A DNA stretch of 55,627 bases, counting the filler, from Bipalium vagum (lineage: Eukaryota), in NCBI GenBank assembly GCA_037834085.1. It is 3 parts of 3 records of this genome, joined end to end, with 100 filler letters (N's around TTAATTAATTAA, not from the genome) between each part and the next. Parts side by side here need not be neighbours in the genome. Positions count along the whole stretch, not along the records: positions 22,474 to 38,996 come from JBBMKC010107104.1; positions 39,097 to 55,627 come from JBBMKC010099697.1; 1 more part is not named here. The stretch is one strand, 5' to 3'. The notes under the pieces are model-generated. The model did not search any database, was not told the DNA's origin, and saw only the letters and a list, made by a program, of their open reading frames with translations. The translations under genes and the position numbers were made by a program. Positions 26,576 to 40,189 of the stretch are shown here, piece after piece; the first letter of the stretch is position 1; each line of letters starts with the position of its first letter.

Positions 26576-27689
26576 TATAATCATTCGATTTTAATATTCA
26601 GTACACACAAATGTTATTTAAGTTAAAGGATAAAGATAAATCCTTAATTATTATACATTTTATTTTAATTTAATAAATTTATAAATTTAAATTTATTCAT
26701 ACATCTTAATCTATTTGTCCATTTCCACTTAAAGCGGTACAAAATTGCAAAATTAATTATATATTTAATTCCATCCTTAAGGAATATTTATAATAAGGAC
26801 TAAATTTTAATAGAGTTAAATGTAAAAATTTCTCAAGAAAAAATTAATTTTTCTTGATTATTTGCCCCTACTAATTTTCAATTTATCTCACAATCATTAT
26901 GACGCAAAGTCTTTATAAGCCTTTCGATGTTGGTATGTTTCTGAAATGTATATCTTAAGATAAGATTATTGGAATATTAATCAAAACACTTTTAATACGC
27001 TTGACATCGTTTTTAAAATTTAATAAATCATCTTTAATTAATTTCGAGTGAGAACATTAAATAAATATTGATCAACGAGTGCTTTAGTTTGCGCAGAGCT
27101 GAAAATTTTTCTATTTTTATAAATTCATAAAATTCATATGATAAGATATTTTACATTTATATTTTTATTTATGTTCGTATTAATATGTATTTATTATTTC
27201 TTATGAAATTAAAAGAAATTCATATATATAAAACTGCTAACAAATTTAGTTTTATAAATTTATTGAAATTCCTAATAACTCCTTAGTTCTCATCAATATA
27301 ATTCGTGACATGGAAACTTGACATAATCCAAATTAAATATTAGATTTTCTGGAATTTTGTGAAATAATTTGGTGATACTACATTATTTATAACATTGGGG
27401 TAAAATATATTCACGAAATGTATTTTAAAGAATAATCTAAGCTTACTTTACTTTATATAATAATTCTGATTCTTAATGTAGTAGTATGTACCCAACTAAT
27501 AAATAATAATAAATATTCTTACTCCATGTCATAAAAACTGGATTTAATAAATGCCTAATTTTTACATTACAAGATTGTTTTAAATAATTACTTTTCTTTC
27601 TTTATAGCTAATCTTATGAATTTAGAAATGTAAAATCTTTCGGAGAATCAAAAATTTTTTATTACTTCTGAATTATGAAAGGTTTTTGG

Positions 27690-27890
27690 TCAAAATGGAA
27701 AAGGTGGAACCCGAATATGCTACAATAGAAGATTTATGCAAATCTTTCAATGTCAACAAAAACTATGCCAGAAAATTATGGAATCCGTTTTTTTAACGTG
27801 GTACGTTAGATAAGAAGCAATAATCTGGAAGACATTATATTGAAAATTATGAAGAGCGACGAACAGCGGTGTAAGCAACAGTTCGTAATC
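27690..27890 (+). mobile_element. Tc1-like HTH fragment
   Basis: RGTLDKKQ*SGR resembles the x-G-S-V-x-D-x-x-R-S-G-R-P linker. Confidence 0.35.
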
Positions 27891-28557
27891 ATTGATTAAT
27901 ATCAGCATTATATCATTTATATAGCTGTAAAATATATATTTTCTTTTTTTAGTATAAATCCACTTTTTTTATACCATAGAATATTATTTCTATTATTTCT
28001 ATTATTTCTTTTGAATAGGAAGATAATATTCAATTTGGATTGTATAATGTTTCATGCATAATATTTATAAAATATAATTATATTATTAAAGGTTTTACTT
28101 AAATAGGGGAATATTTGTCAAAATTATAAAACCATTAACGTAAAAGATTTTCTTTTTGTTAATTTATTTTATATAATATTTTACAAATAACCAAAAAAAA
28201 TATTAAAATAAATTAGCTTTAATAATGATATGAAAACAGAAGCAATAATTATATTTCTTGGTTTAAGTGATAGGATATTATCAATTATTGCAAAAAATAA
28301 AGGAAGAAATCGATTTTAGAAAAAGTATAAAAAAAATAAATTGCATCACTACAAAAAAATTTTATTTTATTCCGAAATATTAATAAATTTTTATTATAAG
28401 AAAAACAAAATATTAAATTGTATAACATTTTGTTATCATTAGGTAATATATGACGAAGAAAAGAATAAATAAAAGAATGAAACAGAATATTTAACTTAAT
28501 TTTAAGGCAAAGATAAATAACCTAATTTACATTGATATGCATTTTCAACTTGTAATA

Positions 28558-29209
28558 TTGGGTTATTTTAAAAGTTCCCACCGATTTTGTGAATAGGCGG
28601 TGAAAAACTTCTACAGATATTTATATTGATATTTTATGTTTATATATTTCAATTATATAAATTTAATAATCACAGCCTTCAAGTTGCTTAAAGAAGATTG
28701 CCATTTTATTAATAAATAGAAATAAACACAAATAATGAAGAAGTTGGACACCTTATAAAATTTTATTTCATTACAGGCAAAAATACAACGCAGGCTGTGA
28801 AAAAAAATCGTGCGTTTTTTGGTGCAGATTCTATATATGATAGAAGAGTCCCTGAATGTGACTTTGATGACTCAGAAAAGTTTGAAGGACCCTAATTGGG
28901 AAGTTTTGTTGCATCCTCCATATACTCCTGATATTGCACCGTTAAACTATCATTTGTTTTCTTCAATGCAAAACTTCGTTGATGACGTAAAATTGAATTT
29001 AATGAGGACACCAAAAACCACTTATTAGATTTTCAGCGAAAATCAGAAAGGTTCTACAGTGACGGAAGTCTAGTTTTACCCAAATAATGGAAAGAAATTG
29101 TCGACAAAGATGATGCATATGTAGTTAAAAAATTCTTAAATTGTCATAGTACGAGTTCTTACAATTTTCATATTTGCTTAAATCAACGGAAACATTTTAG
29201 GCAACCAAA
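28558..29209 (+). mobile_element. Internally deleted mariner (N- and C-terminal pieces fused)
   Basis: TA-TTGGGTT... and ...GCAACCAAA-TA ends. N-terminal HLIKFYFITGKNTTQAVKK is joined to WEVLLHPPYTPDIAPLNYHLFSSMQN (YSPDLAP motif). Confidence 0.9.
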
Positions 29210-30769
29210 TACTTACGAACATACTTTTTAATCTTAATTAAAATATCAATCATTATATTTAATTTTTTGGAATTAGCAGTTGAAATCTATTTATACTAAA
29301 AGGATTGTTTTTTTCTTAAAAAGATGAAACAGTAATTATTTATTTTTATAGAAGTGGTTAAAAATTATTTTATTGATAAGAGTATATCTAATTATATTTT
29401 AAGGTACGTAATAATAAAATATTTTCAAAAATAAATCAAATATCGAAAATTTTAATCCTTCTACAATATTAATCCCAATTGAATATTGATATTTTCTTCT
29501 TTTCTCGATTTTTAATTTCTTTTTGATGGTTTAATTTAATTAATGATTAAATAATGAATTTTCATTTAACGAAACTTCCTCTTTTTTTAAAATCGAATTA
29601 GTAAATATTTATTATTAATTATTAATTCTATTTATTTTTTTTTGTATGAAATTAATTGTTACCGAATTTAAAAAACTTTCTTTTTGTTGTGAAGAAAAAT
29701 CGATAAATTAATTTTTTTTAGATTTTTCACTGATCAATTGGATACAAAATATACGAGAGAAACACCCAATAAATTTCTGCCGAAAATTATTTTTTGACTC
29801 ATGTTTGATAATAGATCATCAGCTGCAATTTTTTTGTTTATTTTTCCCAAGTATCATGTAGGAGGATAGCATAGGAAGTTCATATATGCACACATATGTA
29901 CCCTGGTAGTAAAGGCCAAAATAAACTGAATGGCAAATGATGGATGTGATATTGACATTTCCGTGGCTGTATTTCCTTGAAATCATAAAACTACACATGC
30001 TATGTATTTTAATGAGTTTTCGAGTTGAAATGAAAATTTTATTATTAAATCATCTTCCCTATAACCGATCTTGGGATATTTCTATGTTCCAAATATTTAT
30101 AGTAAAAACCTCGTTTACCTTGGGCAATAAAAATAAAATATCAAATGAAAATGTTGATGATTTTGTTTCGGAGATTCGTAAGTCAAAATATATTTTATCA
30201 AAAATAGTAATTATAAATTTTAGATATATTACGATATATTTTTTAATTCACTTTAATCTATCACTGACTTATTCTGACACTGTCAATTTTTTAAAGATAA
30301 TGATGAAAGGGTTGGTATAAGAAATTTTTTGAGAATTTGAATGATATACACGGATATACACTGAGATTAAATAAAAATTAAGTCATCAAAAAAATTCTTC
30401 AGATAAAATGAAAATAGTTCATCAAATGTAAAAAATTATTTTTCTATCTGCGAATATAAAATTCGTATGTAGAAAAAATAGATTGTAGTTTGGAAAATTA
30501 ATGAAATTCCTCAAAATTTGAGCCGCAGCTTTTCAAGAGGACTGTTATGCATTTTCCAGAAAAGAGAATTCATTGTTCAGATATTAAAGATTATTATTAT
30601 TTGGAGCTCATTTTCAAGAATTTTCGGGAAATTTATGTGATATCTGCGATTTTTAACTGTCAAAATCATAAAATTCTACATTAAATTACTATAAATCAAT
30701 TGAATAAATTTTAATTAATGGATTTGTTTTAACTAGGTAAATAAATGAAACTTTCAAGGTAAAATTATC

Positions 30770-31160
30770 TTTCGATGATTTAAGAAGATCTTACATTTGG
30801 CTTACACCGAAGTAATGTCTCCATCGACGTTACTTAGCCATTCGAAATGAGGACCGCTAAATAGCTTCATTAAAAATTGTTCTCAGAATTCCAAGGTGAA
30901 AGCACGTCTGGAAGACAAATTTCGTGAGGGTTGTCCATCAACCTTTATTTCAGATACTAATATTGATGATGATTGATAAAAGCTTTTTCATTACTGACAA
31001 AAACACATAACAATCATCATCATATAAATACAATTGATGATGAATGCTAGATGAATGAAATAAGAATACACCAGTCACATTTCGAAATGCAACAGAAGCT
31101 TGGATTCAACGTTTAAGAAAATATGAGGCAATACAAGGAACCAATTTTGGACACACTATA
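30770..31160 (+). mobile_element. Tc1/mariner fragments
   Basis: LEDKFREGCPST resembles L-x-D-x-x-R-x-G-R-P. A C-terminal-like AWIQRLRKY follows. Confidence 0.5.
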
Positions 31161-31299
31161 TGAATTTACTAAATATTTTTTATAAATATTAAAAATAGAT
31201 TTTTTTTCAAAATTTCCTGTTTTTTAAGGAGAGTAGACTCAATTTAAAAGACTTAAGGTCTTCATAACCATTTTGCTTAATAAAGAAAATGAAATTTCT

Positions 31300-31745
31300 G
31301 TAAGAAATGTTTCAGATGGAAAAAAATGAATGTAATTCGGCAATCCTAAGTGCATGAAATTTTAAAAGGAAAATTCCCAAAACAAATAACAAAAAGGAAC
31401 ATTCATATTAAACAGACTCTACTATACATCTAGAGTGATCATAAGGAATGGGGCCTGATGAGGTGTTAAATCTGGTCAGACGATTTAAGGGGGTTGCACT
31501 GAAATACTTCTCTATGCAAAACGCTTTGAATGGTATTTTTTACTAATGATGGTCGCGTTAAATACAAGTTACTACAGTTTTGTGGAGACAAAGGCAAGAG
31601 ATTTAATAAAAGAGGATTATTTCCCAGATAACAACAGGTTCTTGATAGTAATTGACAATTCATAATTTTAAAAATATGTTGTTTCATACAGTTTCATGTT
31701 TTTATTTCTTCAAAAAAATAGCCAATTACTTTTTTGCCAACTCAA
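31300..31745 (-). mobile_element. Decayed, deleted mariner remnant
   Basis: TIR-like TTGAGGTTGGCAAAAAAGTAATTGGC at the right end (minus strand); NARP and PDLTP pieces inside. Confidence 0.55.
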
Positions 31746-32707
31746 TACTTTTAAATAAAATATATCCTTTATGGTTCATATTCGAATAAACACCGATAAC
31801 TTTAAAAAAGTATCTTTTAAACTTAAATAATATATATCTCATTTTTAAATTCTATTAATATGCTAAGAAAATGTTTAATTTTTGCAAATAAAGAATATTG
31901 AGACAAAAAAAAATTGTGAAAGAAAACATCAAAGTACCTAACTCTTTATGATATTTTATTTTTCATGGCTTTCGAATAAAAGTTAATTATTTTATTATAA
32001 GTAATGGAAAAATAATCGAAATTTTTTAATTTCAGTATAACTTTATTGGCAGAATTCTTGGTCCCCGGGGATTAACCGCAAAGCAATTAGAACAAGAATT
32101 ACAATGCAAATTGATGATCCGAGGAAAGGGTTCTTTAAGAAATAAAGAAAAAGTATTTCACATTTCAGATTTATAATAATAAATAAAAAAATTATATTTA
32201 AACTATTAATACAAAACAATAAGAATTATTTCCTATAATTAAAGTTTATTAACTTTTCCTGCAAAGAAAGCATTTTTGAGACAGCTCGAGTGGTCTAGTT
32301 AAAAGTTTAATTTATTTTATAAAACTTAATTATTTTCATTATATTTCTTCTATATTATAATGAGCTCTGCAATAATTTCTGTTGATAAAATAAATTTGAA
32401 TTTAAATACGGAATATTTCTTCTATATGAGAACACAAAAAAACCAGTTGCAGAAAATATCCCAAGTCTGTTTATGGTGGACAGAGTTTGGGAATTGCAAA
32501 AAATTTATCCAATTCATTTTCCTTACAAATTTAATGAGTTTCTAATTAAATTTAGAGTCAGGGAAACTTGGCCATTTAGATAAGACCTGATTTTAAAGTT
32601 TAACTGAAATTTGTTAATGTTCGCTGATTTTTCTTTATTAAATAATTTACAAAATTACTTGATTTATTTTTATGGAATTGAATTTGAAAAATATAATAAT
32701 ATTTATA

Positions 32708-32931
32708 TTTGGTTGTTCGGAAAGTCACTTCGCTTTTTATACATATCTTTAAATTTTAATTTAAACCACTTAAGTCATTTTAAAGGTTGGAATATTCTTA
32801 TTGCCTGGTAGATGGCAGAAGGTCTTGGAACAAAAAGGACAATTCATCATTGATTAAAATATTTATTACTAATACAATTTTGGTTTTACTTTTTACTAAA
32901 AAAATACGGACTGACTTTCCGAACAACCCAA
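32708..32931 (+). mobile_element. 224-bp mariner deletion derivative (MITE-like) retaining the transposase C-terminus
   Basis: TA-TTTGGTTGTTCGGAAAGTCA ... TGACTTTCCGAACAACCCAA-TA; internal GIFLLPGRWQKVLEQKGQFIID*. Confidence 0.9.
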
Positions 32932-34419
32932 TATTAAGATACATTTTGTATATTGAATTTTTATTAGGAAGACGAATTAAGAGGAAAACCGAATTGGGAA
33001 CATTTAAACGAAAAATTACACATCAACATAACAGTGGAGGATTACGAAAATAGAGCAATGATCAAACTAAAATGGGCTTTGGAAGCTATTGAGAAATTTA
33101 TCGAACAGGGAATTAAAGTGGTGAGATAATATTTTATTATAAATGTTGAAAAATTTTCTTTTTACCGGTTGTTATTATTAATATATTGAAACATAGACAT
33201 TGATATGACTATAACAAGTTGTTATTAACATTTAAAATGTTTTTTTTATTTATATTTAATTTGATCCACGTATTTATGAAATTTATCTATTATAAGTAAA
33301 TAACATTATTTTTATGTTAAAATTTCCGATTAATACTTAACCAATACAAATTAAATGAACAATTAATAATTATAAATTAGTATTGTACTAAAAAACTAAA
33401 GTGTTAATGAATGTTCCTTTAAGCTTTTAAATTTATGAAAATGTGAAAACTTTTGAAATATTAATGATTATCAAGATTTTCGGTTGAAAAAAAAACAATT
33501 TATTCTTTTATTTTTAAAAATGATATAACTTTACTTTTATGTTTATATGTTTGACATTCCATTTTTTGATAATTTATCTTAAAATTTCATTAAGTGATAC
33601 TTATTTATAGAAAAGTCTAAAATGTGTTCCTGGACATTTATTTATCAATTCCTTAGATTTTAATTAATAATTATACAATCTCTAACATTTTCTGAAAATC
33701 AATTCTGTTAAAATTTGTCACTTATTAAATTATATTTTAAGAACTATATTAATTTAATCGTAAAATATTAAATATCATTGAATAAATAACTAGCATTACG
33801 AAATTATTATTTTTATTAATTAACTGCTTTTTTTATTAATAATTGTGATAACCTATTTTTATATTCCTTAAGGTTTTCAATGTGAAAAATATAATCGTCC
33901 GATAATTATTAAGATAAAAAATAATATAATAAAATAAAAAATCAAATTTAAAATGTTTTTTCTATTTTATTTGATTGCTAAAAATTATGTTAATTTTCAT
34001 TCAATAAATAATATAAAAGTGTTTTCAATTATTTATAAAAAAATTTAACGAAATAACTGATATTTTGTTATTGGTTTTTTGTTTAAGTTGATTTGTTTTT
34101 TTCATTAACTTCTTTTTATTTAGTTTACAAAATAGTTTTTAAATGTTAATTTAGATTTTGAAAATCTTTACTGAATATGTTATTATTAAACCTTAAAAAA
34201 ATAATTTTGTGCTTCTTTTCAAAATAATATTTAGAAATGTCTTTATTTTAAGGATTATTTCCTTAACAAATATACAATATTTTATAAATTTTAAAGGAAA
34301 AAGAAATAATTTCAAATAGATTGTGTTAATTTTATTTTAATAATATCCATTAAAAAATAGGTTAACTAAAACTATATTATTAAAATCAAATGAAAATAGT
34401 ATTAAAATTATAAATACTA

Positions 34420-34930
34420 TCTAATTGAAGCCCATCTCATTTTAGGTAAGTAGATTTGTGTGGTAGTCTTAGAGTCAATAACAGTAGATATAATAAAAAC
34501 AAAATTTTAAAAATTGAAGGAGAGCATCGTAAAAATGAAGAAAACAAAAAAATAACAACACAGTAAAAAAATTAAATTGATACCATATTTTTGTCACAAT
34601 AATTAAAATAAATGTTGAAAGTGATACCAGAAAGAAAATGTTACTTTTTTAATTAAATTAGCTCCAGAAATAAAATGTCAGCCCATACAAAAATTAATTA
34701 AAAAGTGAAATGGATATTTAAAGTGACGAGTTTGTGGTGACTGTTTGCCTCCCGAGAACTTTGGAGAAAATCCACTTTTCTTCTCCTGTAACAATTCACT
34801 GACAAAAACCTACAATACTTCTAAAGAAGTTTGCGATGTGATTGAAAATTGTTAATATTATACTTGCCTGTAATTTAATATCTTTATAAAGCCTCCTTTA
34901 CATATAAAACCATGGAACATTTATTTCCTT
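34420..34930 (-). mobile_element. Highly decayed mariner fragment
   Basis: Minus-strand IVTGEEKWIF (TGDEKW motif) at about 34765-34797; boundaries approximate. Confidence 0.6.
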
Positions 34931-35249
34931 GATAACAATGCAATATTATGTAACAATAATGGCACACCAAACAAGTAAAGCGATGTCAAATGTCCCAAAA
35001 ATATAATCAAAATCAGTCAAATTAGTAATAATTATCAGTAATAATAATTATAACACGTTTAAAAGATAATAAATAAAATATAAATTAATGCAGAAATTTA
35101 GCCAAAGGGAAACAATAAGAAATGAGTGAGATCAAAGATTAATTAATTAACCAAAAAAGATGAAAGAAAATTACTCATATCCCGGGTCCTTCAAATATCA
35201 GTTAAGCACTTATTTGCAAGATGTTATTATCAAAATTATTGATATTATA

Positions 35250-36179
35250 CAAGGTGTCTCACTTATTTATATATAATTTGGTACAATGTAAAATCTGTTC
35301 TACTAGTTCGAATTTAATAAAACATTTTAATAATAAAGTTTATTTCATAACGTTTGGACCAGTGGCCTTTAACCTAGGCGATATCGCTCACTAGTCGGCA
35401 CTTTGAAATATGGGGTGGCGTTAGGAAGAAGTCCTTGGCATCGAAACATCAAGCACAGTGGTCTAATTAACTCTTTCAACTACTATACTAGTTGTAGATA
35501 TTGCATTCTCTTTTGTCAATAAACGTTATTTGGATTTTAATAAGTTTTTCAAAGTTTGGATGGGCGATAGATTTTTTTATAGATGGGAATTTAGTAAAAG
35601 TGTGCGTTAGCCTAAAAAAGGTTGAAGGCTACTGGTTTGGACTAATTAATTTTCATTATAAAACAAGTTTCGGTTTAAAGACAAGATTTTTTTGAAAATC
35701 TAAACATTTTTTAACTGCATCAATTAAATTCAATTAAATCAAGACAAATTGAATTCATTTATTTCAGTAAGAATCCATTAATTTATTAATAATATGGTTT
35801 CATAACATGTAAATAGTATGGAATATAGTATCCAAGATGTGACTTGGTATGGATGTACGAAAAGTATCACAAATGCCCAGCTTTCTGTTGGGTTTCATGA
35901 ATTATAATTTATACAACACAGGCTCAATAGATATATGAAGTTTAAAGAATAATTTGTTTGACGAATTTAATCAGGCTACTCCAGAAATGAGAAAAAAAAC
36001 TTTACTATAATATCGGAAAAGTTCAAAGTTTTAGGAAATGGTGAAGATAATGTTGATGTTTTTAATTAATGAAATATTTATGTGTTTAAAAATGTATTTA
36101 AAAACTGATTATGTTTTCTCTACTGTAATTTTTTGGGGATTTGAGCAAAAGTGACAATTTACAGAAAGTGACAACATTG
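35250..36179 (-). mobile_element. Decayed Tc1/maT-like element
   Basis: TA-CAAGGTGTCTCACTT and AAGTGACAACATTG-TA form imperfect TIRs. Minus-strand RLVSDIA*VKGH resembles the C-terminal R-L-x-A-C-I-x-A-x-G-G-H. Confidence 0.45.
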
Positions 36180-37119
36180 TATATAGATTAGTGAGGGAGT
36201 TTAATTATTATTAATATTATTTATAATAGTTAATTATTATTTTGTATAATATTAATCAATGAGCGCACTCACTGTCTAATTTTTACGTCAGAACCTGAAT
36301 TATTCCTTTTGGTATGATTTTATCGAGTGGTTCCTTAAGCGAATATAATGAAGTTAAGACTTATTTCCATATTTATATAAAAATCCAGTAAATTGGGTAT
36401 TTTTAAAATATTTTATTCATTTTATTTATTTCACTTTCTCAATAATCGATAAGGAAAATAATGAAACAATAGACTTTATTGCAAGAGGAATTTTCTTTTC
36501 TTGGAAACTTCTTACGAAACTTTCTATGTTCTACATTTAGCGAACTCTACTTTCCCGTTTTAATTTATATATTTTTGATTCGTTTACATAGTTAGTTTTT
36601 TTCGATTTTTACATGTTGATAATAATAAAACAATATTATAGAATATTAAATCAAATAAGAAATGCAGAAAAAACGAACGCAAACCATTTATACTTGTAAA
36701 ACACTTATAAGGAGTTACCTTTATAATTGTTAAACCAACTAAGGTAAAATAATTAAATTTCTCAATTGTTCTCAATGTGGTTATTTCTTTGTTAATAGCA
36801 CTCATTTAAGAAATTACACATTAGAAAAAGAAATAATTAAAAATTATCGTCTATTGCTTTATCTATATAATCAGACAACCCAAATTATTACATTTCAGAG
36901 ATTTTTCATTATTGAAGGAAATAGAGAATAATTACACTATGGGTTTGAGATGATTAGGGAAGTAATAGAATAAATAATTAAACAATGATCTTAGCATTGG
37001 ATGAAGGCCTTAATAATAAATGAAAAGAACTTAGTATTTGGAAATAGATTTTCCTTCTACCAGTATTAAATGGCGCCTGGTAATTTGGCGACAGCTCAAA
37101 CCATATTAAATTTTTAAAA

Positions 37120-37122
<3 letters not shown>

Positions 37123-37163
<41 letters not shown>
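37123..37163. repeat. (TAA)n microsatellite
   Basis: Perfect trinucleotide run; it explains the poly-Y in ORF 36978..37193. Confidence 0.95.
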
Positions 37164-37164
<1 letters not shown>

Positions 37165-37409
37165 AATATATACTCATTATTCATTTTTAACAAATCATTT
37201 TAGTAAGATGTGCAAAGGTTCGGTTTCTTTATCAAAAATACATAACTATATTTATAAATATAAGCATTGTCAATTAACAATTAACTGTACCGTATATTTA
37301 TTTATTTATAACGCTCTTTTTAATCTATGACATAAATAAAAGTGATTAAATTATTTTCCCTTTTCAATTTGATTGAATTCAAATATCTTTATATCTTTAT
37401 TTTTTTTGC

Positions 37410-37460
37410 TGTTTTTGATTTTGTAAAATTTTTCGTTTCACGAACTCATCAGAACTAGGA
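37410..37460 (-). ncRNA. Hammerhead ribozyme core (type I-like, probably degenerate)
   Basis: Minus strand reads CTGATGA-GTT-CGTGA-AAC-GAAA (37452-37431), followed by a possible stem III ATTT-TACA-AAAT and then C. There are two extra As after GAAA and stem I is poor. Confidence 0.55.
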
Positions 37461-37880
37461 TAACATGGGGATACTATCAGGGAAGACAACAGAGTATTCT
37501 GGCAATGAAGATCATTAACCGAGGAGTAAGTCTGAATATCAATTGGAATTCAACCCATTTTTCTGGTCAAACATCGGGTTATTCAGACTAACATGAAGAA
37601 TGAATCCACATTAGACATCAAAAGGCATTGGTTTACCATTATCTTGTATCTTCTCGGTGATAAGGTGTAGGAAAGACAATCGCGGCAATCTATCCTTACC
37701 TCCAAATTCTTGATAAGATGGGATTCATGGATGAATAGAAATTGTTCCTATGGGTCCCTCCAGATTTCTTCTAGCAGTTGATTTTCTAACAGACTTAATT
37801 AAATATCCAGCTTTCTTTTGAATCTTGGTTCCAGATATGATGAATGTCCTTTACCTCCGTTGTCTTGTAAAATTCTCCTT
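37410..37880 (-). mobile_element. Probable Penelope-like retroelement 3' remnant
   Basis: Minus-strand GKDRLPRLSFLHLI resembles the K-D-x-L-P linker preceding the GIY-YIG domain of Penelope-like elements. A hammerhead core lies about 230 nt downstream on the same strand. GIY-YIG itself is not seen. Confidence 0.45.
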
Positions 37881-37946
37881 TCTTTAACTTACTTGATTTA
37901 TCATTTTTGATAATTTTTTTAATTCATCATTATAAATAATTTTAAC

Positions 37947-38700
37947 ATGTAAAATGAGCGCCAGACATGAAACATGCCAATTTGAGTTAGGTCAAATTGT
38001 TGGGTTATTATAAGCTGGTTTGTTGCTGGTTGAGGTAGAAAAACACGTTGAGCGATCCAAGTGTGTCGACCAGTGTATTTGGAGGAAATGGAAAGAGACA
38101 CATGCATGTGACAACCTTCCCAGATCAGGTAGACAGCAATTAGAAAGCAATAGAGATGATCGTATGTTAGTCAGAACGATAAAGAACAATCGTTTTGTCC
38201 CATAAAAATTGTTAGGTAATTTTTATAAATTAAATAAGATAAAAATCAAACAAAATTTATTTATCACCAAAGATTCCAGTTCCATTATCTGCAGAAAAAT
38301 CTAACAGACGTGCTCTACAATTTGGCTTCCAATATAAACGATCATTGTTGATAGTTCCTCTGTCACCATCTTACAGATACTCTCGGTTAAAATGGTCCAT
38401 AGAACGCATAAATGAAGAAATGGTGTGTTGGAGGGATATTTTGTTTTCAAATGAGTCAAGATTTCTAGAGTTGAACCCAATATAACATATTTGAGACATC
38501 GCGGGCAGACGAATGACTATCCACCATGAACCTTACTACAACTTCGTTAGTGCCTCAATGAACAATGGAATCTGGTTCATCAGAGAATGTTCGTGATTAA
38601 TTGAATCGATGCCGAAAAGGATCAATGAATGCACATCCAGAAAAGGTCACACATATTATTAGCAATGTTTATGAAAAATTCTTGTGAAAAAGCTACATGT
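37947..38700 (+). mobile_element. Decayed Tc1 element
   Basis: NLPRSGRQ..RDDRMLVRTIKNNRF, WRDILFSNESRF, ELNPI and IESMPKRINEC..KGHTY are in order. Confidence 0.85.
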
Positions 38701-38996
38701 TGATTAATAAATTTAACCTGCTTTAGACTTTTGATGATGAGTATATAATATAAAAGACACGTTAGTTTTAATTCATTGAAATAAAAAAGAAAATCTCTAA
38801 TAATATATACATATACTCCAATAATTATCCGTACAATAATAATACAAATAAAAATAAATAACAATTTCACTAAAAAAAACATTTTTTATAAAAGTTTATT
38901 GTTTTTAAGCATAATAGCTATCCCGGATATATAAAATAAGAATAAGAATATGTAAATAGTTGTTTTTAGAATTGTAAGCATAAATTATTTTTGAAT

Positions 38997-39096
38997 NNNN
39001 NNNNNNNNNNNNNNNNNNNNNNNNNNNNNNNNNNNNNNNNTTAATTAATTAANNNNNNNNNNNNNNNNNNNNNNNNNNNNNNNNNNNNNNNNNNNN
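38997..39096. other. Artificial 100-bp scaffold spacer (44N + TTAATTAATTAA + 44N)
   Basis: Same structure as 22374-22473. Confidence 0.97.
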
Positions 39097-40189
39097 TTTC
39101 AAAATAAATAAATATTGATTTTATTTTTTATGAATTTTTAAATTTATTAATTAACTTTTGCTCCACCCTGTATTTCTTTAAATATTTTATTTTCATTTTA
39201 ATTTGTATTTTATTCTAAAAGGAACTTTACAAGTTAACTGTTTTTACAAATATTTTTAGTACTTATGAGATTAAACAATGAATATTAAATAAAAATATAT
39301 TATATTATCTCTTTTGCAAAGAGAAATCTATATGGATAATTTCATTTTAAAAATCAATATTCCTTTTATTTTCTTGTTTTAATCATAATAGTGAAACTAT
39401 CATAAGTTTTTCGTGTTGGTATTGATAATGATCGAATTATTTTTTATTTTTAAAAAATTTATTATTATTCAATTAATTTGCATGAATTAAAAATCGCGTG
39501 TATAAAATTTTAATTAAATAAAATATTTCTGATATAATCATTTTTAATCAATATAAATAACTTTGGAAAATTTAGAAATTATAAAATTATAATAGCATAT
39601 CCGATTATAATTAATTTAATATAGCAAAACTTTAATTTTTGATAAAAATAAAATTTTTATGAAGTATTTTCCAGAGAAATTTTAATTGCTAAATTTAAAT
39701 ATATAATATATAATTATTTTTTATTAAGATGTTTTATTTTATTTTATTATTTAATATATCACAAATACTAAGATTTATAGTATTAAATTTAAGAATAAGT
39801 TTATTTATCATTAAATGTTATTTGAATAAATATTTTCTGAAAAGCATTTTGTTTTAATCTGTCTGGAATTCATTCTTAAAAAGAAATATTTAGAAATAAA
39901 TTGAAAAGAAATATTTATTGTGACATTAAGGAATTTATTTTTAAAATTTATTTCACTGACATTTTATTGACATTTCGTTTTGTGTAATATTAATGAAACA
40001 AATTCACATTTTATCAAAAATAAAATAAATATTAAAATATTACATATTTTTTTTCTAAATCTGAAAAAAGGATTAATTAAATGAAATCTTTATAAAATGC
40101 TAAAATTATATTATCCAAATGATTGGTTTGCCCATGTATTTTATTATAGAAAAATTATTTTTAATAATTAAATGTATCATTTTATAGTA

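Noticed and set aside
31455-31475. CTGATGAG hammerhead-like start
   Set aside because: No stem II or GAAA follows; it lies within a mariner remnant.
32281-32300. tRNA A-box-like AGCTCGAGTGGTCTAG
   Set aside because: No B-box or cloverleaf follows.
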